This document shows, piece by piece, positions 17,087 to 22,916 of a DNA stretch of 64,000 nucleotides (positions are counted from its first letter, which is position 1; every line of letters begins with the position of its first letter). The position numbers and the translations under genes are program-made. Source of the stretch: a virus; the IMG/VR virus record IMGVR_UViG_3300036792_000363, positions 60,774 through 124,773 of that record; one strand, 5' to 3'. The notes beneath the pieces are model-generated. The model saw nothing but the letters and a program-made list of their open reading frames with translations. It was not told the DNA's origin and made no database searches.

Positions 17087-17164
17087 TGGTGGCGGAGGCG
17101 GGATTCGAACCCGCGTACCCCGGGTTATGAGCCCGGACTGGGACCTAACTCCAGCTACTCCGCG
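17087..17164 (-). tRNA. Initiator tRNA-fMet(CAT)
   Basis: C1:C72 mismatch, three G-C pairs at base of anticodon stem, CCA encoded. Confidence 0.85.
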
Positions 17165-17195
17165 TCGTTGGCACCAGCGTACGCCTGGTGCCTCG

Positions 17196-17268
17196 TTCTC
17201 CCAACGGGATTCGAACCCGTGCTCTCGCCTTGAAAGGACGGCGACCTGGGCCACTAGTCGATAGGAGA
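17196..17268 (-). tRNA. tRNA-Glu(TTC)
   Basis: Cloverleaf; loop CT-TTC-AA. Confidence 0.85.
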
Positions 17269-17279
17269 GCGATGCTGCG

Positions 17280-17353
17280 TAGTCCTGGTCGGATTCGAAC
17301 CGACGTCAACTGAGCTGAGAACCCAGCATCCTAGGCCGCTAGACGACAGGACC
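17280..17353 (-). tRNA. tRNA-Glu(CTC)
   Basis: Cloverleaf; loop TT-CTC-AG. Confidence 0.9.
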
Positions 17354-17441
17354 GCGGCCCGGCGGCTTGGCCGACCGCCGGATGAGGGAGCGGCGCTAGC
17401 AGCCGCGCCCACGGGGCCGTCTTTAAGCGCGGCCGTTCATG

Positions 17442-17514
17442 TGCGCCGGGCAGGATTCGAACCCGCGCGCGACTCCTTAGAGGGGAGCGGCTCTATCCGC
17501 TGAGCTACCGGCGC
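17442..17514 (-). tRNA. tRNA-Arg(TCT), C33
   Basis: Cloverleaf; loop CC-TCT-AA. Confidence 0.85.
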
Positions 17515-17518
17515 TCGG

Positions 17519-17591
17519 TGGGCCGCCAGGGACTCGAACCCTGAACCCGCTGATTAAAAGTCAACTGCGCTGCCAGTTGCGCCAGCGGCCC
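17519..17591 (-). tRNA. tRNA-Lys(TTT)
   Basis: Cloverleaf; loop CT-TTT-AA. Confidence 0.9.
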
Positions 17592-17594
17592 CGG

Positions 17595-17627
17595 CTAGTT
17601 AACCGGAAACCGTTTCAGCTTAAACAT
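17595..17627 (-). CDS. 10-aa micropeptide MFKLKRFPVN
   Basis: AGGAGG SD 4 nt before ATG; AT-rich island between tRNAs. Confidence 0.35.
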   Translation of the reverse strand: MFKLKRFPVN

Positions 17628-17664
17628 GGAGCCTCCTGCGTCCGCTTAGTGAACGTCATGCAAG

Positions 17665-17737
17665 TAGCGGTAAAGGGACTTGAACCCCTGGCCGACCCAT
17701 TATGAGTGGGGCGCTCTACCGGCTGAGCTATACCGCC
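17665..17737 (-). tRNA. tRNA(CAT), elongator Met or Ile2
   Basis: Cloverleaf; loop CT-CAT-AA; paired 1:72. Confidence 0.8.
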
Positions 17738-17743
17738 GTGCTG

Positions 17744-17819
17744 TGGTGGGCGGAGGAGGACTTGAACCTCCAACCTTTTCCGTATCAGAGAACTGCTCGG
17801 ACCATCGAGCTGCCCGCCC
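17744..17819 (-). tRNA. tRNA-Ile(GAT)
   Basis: Cloverleaf; loop CT-GAT-AC; CCA encoded. Confidence 0.85.
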
Positions 17820-17823
17820 GGAG

Positions 17824-17913
17824 CAGAGGAGGCGAGACTCGAACTCGCACGGGGGTTTCCCCCCTAACCGTTTTCGGGACGGCATCCGGTAGGCCAGCTC
17901 GGATTACTCCTCC
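17824..17913 (-). tRNA. tRNA-Ser(CGA), C33
   Basis: Long variable arm; loop CC-CGA-AA; G73. Confidence 0.85.
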
Positions 17914-18080
17914 ATGACAAACTGTGATACTTCGGTTACCGTGGTGAACGAACTTCTCGCCCGAGAGTTCGTAGGTTAACTACCGGCGTGAAGCGCGGCC
18001 AGATTACCGGAGAAGCACCCGGGGCCTGACGAGGCCGATGACGTCCCCGTTACAAGGGCGACCGGGTGCTTCTTCCGTTG

Positions 18081-18170
18081 CGGAGGGAGCGGGATTCGAA
18101 CCCGCGGGGCCGCTCTCGCGGCCCACTGCCTTAGCAGGACAGCGCCTTCAACCACTCGTGCCATCCCCCC
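18081..18170 (-). tRNA. tRNA-Ser(GCT)
   Basis: Long variable arm; loop CT-GCT-AA; G73. Confidence 0.9.
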
Positions 18171-18255
18171 AGGGGCCGATCGCCCCCTCCCGGGAAGGGG
18201 ACTGACCGCCGCGGCATGCGCGACGCCCCGGGGCCTCGTGCCAACAGCCCCAAAG

Positions 18256-18340
18256 TGGGCGAGGAGGGACTTGAACCCTCACTCCTCTTGCGGGGAACCG
18301 GATCCTGAATCCGGCGCGTCTGCCGTTCCGCCACCCGCCC
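18256..18340 (-). tRNA. tRNA-Leu(CAG)
   Basis: Long variable arm; loop TT-CAG-GA. Confidence 0.9.
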
Positions 18341-18414
18341 GAGCGTCACCGTGCCGGGCGCGACCCGGACATGTGCTGGACCCCCCTGCCCGGTGACCAC
18401 GGCGGGGGTACACG

Positions 18415-18488
18415 AGCCGACGACGGGATTCGAACCCGCGACCTCAACCTTGGCAAGGTTGCGCGCTAGCCAGCTGCGCTACGTCGAC
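18415..18488 (-). tRNA. tRNA-Gly(GCC)
   Basis: Cloverleaf; U73. Confidence 0.9.
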
Positions 18489-18499
18489 ATTGAACTGCG

Positions 18500-18571
18500 A
18501 GCGGACGACGGGGCTCGAACCCGCGACCCCGTGCTTGGGAAGCACGTGCGCTACCACTGCGCCACATCCGC
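18500..18571 (-). tRNA. tRNA-Gly(CCC)
   Basis: Cloverleaf; U73. Confidence 0.9.
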
Positions 18572-18604
18572 ACGCCGGGGCGGCGCTGGCCGCCCCGGGC
18601 ACTG

Positions 18605-18805
18605 CTAGAACCGCTCTCCCTCTTCGGACTGGGCGAACGGGTCGATCACCTCGATGCCGCCGTCATCGTGGAAGTCGATCGAGACCTCGCTGCCGAGGCA
18701 GGTGACCTTGCACCTGGCGCCCCAGCTCTCGACCTTCACCTTCAGCTCGGCCTGGACGTTGCCCAGGCCCACCGCGACGTCGCCGCGGGGCTTACTAGCG
18801 CTCAT
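18605..18805 (-). CDS. Hypothetical protein (66 aa)
   Basis: GGGGAGG SD; overlaps upstream ORF; GC hairpin after stop. Confidence 0.6.
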   Translation of the reverse strand: MSASKPRGDVAVGLGNVQAELKVKVESWGARCKVTCLGSEVSIDFHDDGGIEVIDPFAQSEEGERF

Positions 18806-18902
18806 CGCCGGCCTCCCCGTCTGCCACCGTGACCGTGACCGACTCGGTGACCGAGAGGCCCTGCGAGTCGGTCGCGGTGACGGTGATGGTGAGGTCAGCC
18901 AC
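18795..18902 (-). CDS. 35-aa Ig-like beta-strand peptide (MADLTITVTATDSQGLSVTESVTVTVA...)
   Basis: Overlaps stop of upstream Ig-like gene; ITVTATD Ig-repeat pattern. Confidence 0.5.
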   Translation of the reverse strand: MADLTITVTATDSQGLSVTESVTVTVADGEAGDER

Positions 18903-19230
18903 CGGCCGGCGGGGTGACGGTGGTCGTGAAGACCGCGGTCCCGGTCCCGTTGGCCAGGGTGTTGGACCCCGCGGCGTAGGTGTCGCCGAAGGTGTCCGTC
19001 GGGGTGACGTCCATCGACTCGCTGGCCTGCTCGACCACGGTGACGGTGGTGGATGCCGAGGCGGAGTTGCCCGCGGCGTCAGTCGCCGAGGCGGAGATGG
19101 TGAGGGTGACCGGGTTGGACTGGCTGTCGGCGTAGGTCGCCGTCAGCGTCAGCTGCTGGCCGGCGATGTAGCTGGCCGCGTCGGTCGCGAGGGAGAGGGT
19201 GGGGGTGCCAGGGGCTGGCGGAGTGGTCAT
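18895..19230 (-). CDS. Ig-like/Thr-rich putative virion surface protein (111 aa)
   Basis: LTLTATYAD, TISASATDAAGNSASASTTVTV pattern; AAAGGAA SD; late motif upstream. Confidence 0.6.
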   Translation of the reverse strand: MTTPPAPGTPTLSLATDAASYIAGQQLTLTATYADSQSNPVTLTISASATDAAGNSASASTTVTVVEQASESMDVTPTDTFGDTYAAGSNTLANGTGTAVFTTTVTPPAGG

Positions 19231-19267
19231 GGCGTTCCTTTGATCGGGAGGACGTTGCCTCCTGACC

Positions 19268-19273
19268 AATCGC
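19268..19273 (-). promoter_or_regulatory. Late promoter motif variant GCGATT upstream of Ig-like gene
   Basis: CGATT core; short leader. Confidence 0.45.
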
Positions 19274-19277
19274 CACC

Positions 19278-19354
19278 TGGAGCCCGGAACCGGGTTCGAA
19301 CCGGTGACCTCATCCGTACCGGGGATACGCTCTTCCACGCTGAGCTATCCGGGC
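19278..19354 (-). tRNA. tRNA-Thr(GGT), C33
   Basis: Cloverleaf; loop CC-GGT-AC; CCA encoded. Confidence 0.85.
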
Positions 19355-19496
19355 GAGTCTGATTCCATCTGCCGTCTACCTGCTGTTTTCCCGAAGGAAG
19401 GGGAGGTGTTCTTCGACAGTCAGAGTTCGCGGGCGTGTGAACTACCGGGGGCTCTGACCCCCCGGGCGGCCTGCCCAGAACCGCGTCTCCTCCCGG

Positions 19497-19581
19497 TGTC
19501 CGAGGCGGGACTTGAACCCGCACACCCCTTTCGGGGCACCAGCACCTCAAGCTGGGGCGTCTGCCGTTCCGCCACCCGGAC
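19497..19581 (-). tRNA. tRNA-Leu(GAG)
   Basis: Long variable arm; loop TT-GAG-GT. Confidence 0.9.
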
Positions 19582-19737
19582 GCGGGGCCTCGCCAATCCT
19601 GACGGACCCGTCGTGGTCGCAGAGGGAGCCGTCCGCGTGCACGCGCCGCGGGTGCCCTGGCTGCGAGTAGTCGATGCTCACGACTACGAGATCCCCGGTG
19701 CAGTAGACCGCCTTCGCTGTCATACCGCCGAGGATAG

Positions 19738-19811
19738 AGCCCCGAACCGGAGTCGAACCGATGGCCTGCTCATTACGAAAGAGCCGCTCTGGCCAGCTGA
19801 GCTACCGGGGC
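19738..19811 (-). tRNA. tRNA-Thr(CGT)
   Basis: Cloverleaf; loop TT-CGT-AA. Confidence 0.85.
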
Positions 19812-19820
19812 GTGCCTGCG

Positions 19821-19893
19821 TTCCTCCTCATGGATTCGAACCACACACCTCTGACACCAGACGCCAGCGCTCTGCCAACTGAGCTAAGGAGGA
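19821..19893 (-). tRNA. tRNA-Gln(CTG)
   Basis: Cloverleaf; U1-A72; loop GT-CTG-GT. Confidence 0.8.
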
Positions 19894-19990
19894 GCATTGC
19901 CGGGGGTCTTTTCTCCCCCCGGGGTAACGGCCTTGTCCCTCCCGCAGAGGAGGCCGGGCACGGATTCGCAGGACGGCCGTGCCAGCCGAG

Positions 19991-20066
19991 TGGGCGACGC
20001 GGGATTCGAACCCGCAGGTGACGCGGCTTTTGGGGCCGCCGCATATGCCGGTTCTGCTACTCGCCC
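19991..20066 (-). tRNA. tRNA-Leu(CAA), C33, short variable region
   Basis: Leu-type D loop; loop CC-CAA-AA; only about 7 nt variable region. Confidence 0.7.
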
Positions 20067-20070
20067 GTTG

Positions 20071-20142
20071 TGCGCCGCCAGGGACTTGAACCCCGTTCCG
20101 TGGATTAAGAGTCCGCTGCATATCCCTACATGCTCGCGGCGC
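20071..20142 (-). tRNA. tRNA-Lys(CTT)
   Basis: Cloverleaf; loop CT-CTT-AA. Confidence 0.8.
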
Positions 20143-20337
20143 ATTGTTTCCGGAAGTCAGTCCCGGGACCCCGCCGCGCGGAGCCTGGTGTCGCCCGCTT
20201 GCGGCGGGCTCACAGGGCGTCGGCGGGTGCCCCGGGGAGCATGAGACCCGGCCAGCCGGCTGGCCGGGCTTACGAGGCGTGTCGACTCGCGCCCGCCGGC
20301 CGGCCGTTTGATTACGGTCCTGACCGTCATACCCAAG

Positions 20338-20408
20338 AGCGGATGACCGGAATTGAACCGGCGTGGTCAGCTTGGAAGGCTGATGCTCGGCCACTGAGCC
20401 ACATCCGC
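20338..20408 (-). tRNA. tRNA-Gly(TCC)
   Basis: Cloverleaf; U73. Confidence 0.9.
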
Positions 20409-20419
20409 ATTGAACTACG

Positions 20420-20493
20420 TGGTCACAGAGGCGATCGAATCCTCGAACCTACCGCTTTTCAGGCGGTCGCTCTTCCGTCTGAGCTATGCGACC
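20420..20493 (-). tRNA. tRNA-Phe(GAA)
   Basis: Cloverleaf; loop CT-GAA-AA. Confidence 0.85.
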
Positions 20494-20632
20494 TCGTTGC
20501 TTGTCCCCGGATTTCCACTGTCGCAGGAATACCGGGTAACCGCACCTCGGCACGCATGCACCAGGTGGCCACCCAGTGCTTCAGCCGGTCTCTGCCAGGC
20601 GCTACCCGGGAACTGCAACTCGGGCCGCGGCC

Positions 20633-20702
20633 CGGCAGTCGGCAGGAGTCGAACCTGCCCGTGCGCATACCCCGCAGAGGGGCCAGGGCAGTCGCCGCTG
20701 CC
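20633..20702 (-). ncRNA. Second tRNA-like mini RNA
   Basis: GGCAG/CTGCC acceptor-like stem and GCAGG-TTCGACT-CCTGC T arm; no canonical D or anticodon arm. Confidence 0.45.
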
Positions 20703-20704
20703 CG

Positions 20705-20781
20705 TGGTCGGGATGACGCGATTTGAACGCGCGGCCCCCTGGTCCCAAACCAGGTGCTCTACCAAGCTGAGCTACACCCCA
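20705..20781 (-). tRNA. tRNA-Pro(TGG)
   Basis: Cloverleaf; CCA encoded. Confidence 0.9.
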
Positions 20782-20847
20782 GTGCGCGTTGTTTAGGGTC
20801 CCGTAGGCAGAGCCGGATACGGGCCTTATGGCACAACGCGTAAAGCC

Positions 20848-20924
20848 TGGTCGGGGAGGCGGGATTCGAACCCACGACCTCTGCTTCCCGAAAGCAGCGC
20901 GCTACCAAGCTGCGCCACTCCCCG
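20848..20924 (-). tRNA. tRNA-Pro(CGG)
   Basis: Cloverleaf; CCA encoded. Confidence 0.9.
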
Positions 20925-21123
20925 ATGCTCCGGTCCTCAGAGCCCTGCTTCGCCTTGACGAGAGTCCCCGGCCGACGTCAGCCAGGTGCCTCAGCGGCCG
21001 CGTGGCGGCGGCCTCGGCCAGCAGGCCCGAGTGGGGGTGGAGCTGGCGGGGCAGACCGGCTAGTGCCTTGTTCCGCATTACCAGGACAGCTTCCCCGCGG
21101 CCAAGCGGCTACCTGCCCGAGCG

Positions 21124-21196
21124 TGGAGACGACGCGATTCGAACGCGCAACCGCTTCAGTGCGAGTGAAGTGCTCTACCAGCTGAGCTACATCCCC
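21124..21196 (-). tRNA. tRNA-Ala(CGC)
   Basis: Cloverleaf; G3:U70. Confidence 0.9.
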
Positions 21197-21612
21197 TAGA
21201 TATGCTGCCAAATCTTGCGCTGCCTGATCTGCCAGATCAGGGTGTAATCCACCCCGAGCTGATCCGCTACCGCCCGAAGGGAGAGCGGCGAGGATCTCGC
21301 CATCAGGACGTCTGCTTCAGTCAGCTTGGCCGCGGCGTTGTCTTCTCCGCACAGCGCCTCGGCTGCCGACTTCTTCCTGTAGCACGGGCTGCACCGAACC
21401 ACGCATTTGGCCAGTTCGGCTTCCCGCCGGGCCTTAGCCCAAGACCAGACCCTGTGCGTGATCTTGGTAGACGGATCCACATGATCAACTTCAGGGCTGT
21501 CCCAGGAACCGCAGTCGACGCACGGCCCATTTTCTGCAATCCACGCAGCACGACGAGCAGCCATCCACATGCGCATGTACTCTCGCTGCTGAACTGGATC
21601 TTTATACGGCAC
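21196..21612 (-). CDS. HNH homing endonuclease with C-terminal HTH, inserted in the tRNA array
   Basis: CVDCGS...EVDHVDP...KCVVRCSPCYRKK; lower GC; CGTAATA-N6-GTG start. Confidence 0.8.
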   Translation of the reverse strand: MPYKDPVQQREYMRMWMAARRAAWIAENGPCVDCGSWDSPEVDHVDPSTKITHRVWSWAKARREAELAKCVVRCSPCYRKKSAAEALCGEDNAAAKLTEADVLMARSSPLSLRAVADQLGVDYTLIWQIRQRKIWQHI

Positions 21613-21618
21613 GCTCAC

Positions 21619-21625
21619 TATTACG
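21619..21625 (-). promoter_or_regulatory. Class II promoter motif CGTAATA, 6 nt before GTG 21612
   Basis: N6 spacing. Confidence 0.6.
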
Positions 21626-21636
21626 TGAAGCGCCCG

Positions 21637-21709
21637 TGGAGCCTACGCGATTCGAACGCGTGACCTTTTGCATGCCATGCAAACGCGCTACCAGCTGCGC
21701 CAAGGCCCC
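21637..21709 (-). tRNA. tRNA-Ala(GGC)
   Basis: Cloverleaf; G3:U70. Confidence 0.9.
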
Positions 21710-21929
21710 AGATAGGCGCTCGGCCAGGACGCGATGCGAACACGCCCCGGCCGAGCGCCGGTCAAACTGGCGCGACGCCCGGTACAGAGTGATCCCCGGG
21801 AGTAGCTGCTCTATCTTCCGTCGCGCCCAAATACACGGCGGCGAGATGGCGCTCGCCGCCTGATGCTCACCGCTATGGTCTTGTCATGTAGCGAGCACGT
21901 CCCCCGGGCCGAGGCCCGGATGGTGCCAG

Positions 21930-22003
21930 CAGGGGCGGCAGGATTTGAACCCGCGACGCGCAGTTTTGGAGGCTGCCGTTCTGCCTGGCTGAACTACGCC
22001 CCT
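21930..22003 (-). tRNA. tRNA-Trp(CCA)
   Basis: Cloverleaf; loop CT-CCA-AA; G73. Confidence 0.9.
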
Positions 22004-22084
22004 ACGTTCAGTTGTGAAACTAGAAAAGCCGCCCGCCAGGATCTTCTCCCGGGGACGGCTCCTGATGAGTCAGGGCCTGGTCCG

Positions 22085-22198
22085 CTACCCGGGGACCGCC
22101 TCGAAGGTCGGGATGCAGCTGCCTTCGGACAGATGCATGCGTGCGGGGATGGCGTACCACCCTCGTAGCTGCTTCTGATCCGATGACCTGTTCACCAT
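22085..22198 (-). CDS. 37-aa ORF at head of the tRNA-array transcript (MVNRSSDQKQLRGWY...)
   Basis: AGGAG SD; downstream of a strong host-type promoter. Confidence 0.35.
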   Translation of the reverse strand: MVNRSSDQKQLRGWYAIPARMHLSEGSCIPTFEAVPG

Positions 22199-22278
22199 GG
22201 CTCCTACGTTATCCGGGTGCCGGGCCGGCACCAACCGTTTTATCGGACGGGGGGCTTCCGCGCCCGCCGTGAGGTTCC

Positions 22279-22310
22279 ACCATACCGCGCTTGCTTGACT
22301 CGTGTCAAGC
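22279..22310 (-). promoter_or_regulatory. Host sigma70-type promoter for the tRNA array (TTGACA-N18-TATGGT) with perfect palindromic operator GCTTGAC-TCGT-GTCAAGC (22293-22310) over the -35
   Basis: Direct sequence match. Confidence 0.75.
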
Positions 22311-22562
22311 GCCGAATCCCGTGACGATCGTCCCCCGGTCGGCCACCACCGCGCGGGCCACCACCTCGTCCGTCGCGGCGCGGATGTCGACCGGGCTGAC
22401 GTAGGTCCGCTCCCCCGCCATGACCCGCACCGCGGCGATGGCGTCCAGCAGGCGGAACGGGTCCTCGCCCACCAGGCCGGCCAGGGCGCTCACCGACTCC
22501 TCGCCGTCCTCCGGCCCGAGCGTGGCCGCGTACTCCATCAGGCGCTCGAACGGCATCCGCAT
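22305..22562 (-). CDS. Hypothetical protein (85 aa)
   Basis: Open frame with good codon bias. Confidence 0.6.
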   Translation of the reverse strand: MRMPFERLMEYAATLGPEDGEESVSALAGLVGEDPFRLLDAIAAVRVMAGERTYVSPVDIRAATDEVVARAVVADRGTIVTGFGA

Positions 22563-22670
22563 TCGTCCATTATCGTACGAATCCGTTCGGTTAGTCGACA
22601 CCCCCGCCCGCGCCCGGCACACTGGGGGTGCGGGGTAAGCCTTTCCCCCGCGCGCACCATGGGCGGGTGC

Positions 22671-22907
22671 TCAAGGGGAGGCCCGGGCAGCGGGCCTCCC
22701 CTGCCTGCTCACCAGCCACCCCCGGTGCTGCCGGACGAAATCGTGGTAGGCGGTGCCGAGGCCGCACTCCGCGCAGGTCAGCATCCCGTTCATCGAGGTG
22801 ATGAACGGCAGCCTGTTCCGGCGCCGCATCAGGCCCGCCTCAATCTTGAAGAAGATCCCGCCGCAGAACGGGCACCGGAGGCGGAACGGGGGACGACGCA
22901 GGCGCAC
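22671..22907 (-). CDS. Small zinc-finger protein (CPFC...CAEC)
   Basis: Two CxxC pairs; directly after terminase. Confidence 0.55.
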   Translation of the reverse strand: MRLRRPPFRLRCPFCGGIFFKIEAGLMRRRNRLPFITSMNGMLTCAECGLGTAYHDFVRQHRGWLVSRQGRPAARASP

Positions 22908-22916
22908 CGGCCCAGG

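Noticed and set aside
18020-18050. CTGACGA-GGCC hammerhead-like start
   Set aside because: Lacks the GAAA and NUH elements; kept only as a generic structured RNA
19547-19723. 58-aa ORF MTAKAVYCTGD... running into tRNA-Leu(GAG)
   Set aside because: Weak SD and 3' end inside a tRNA; not supportable
20160-20240. SRP (4.5S) RNA call
   Set aside because: No CAGG/AGCA symmetric loop or GGAA tetraloop of domain IV
22060-22110. CTGATGA-GTC hammerhead-like core on + strand
   Set aside because: No stem II closure followed by GAAA; overlaps a small ORF
15799-22168. Track ORFs overlapping the tRNA array
   Set aside because: They are translations of tRNA genes; only ORFs with SD or promoter support were kept
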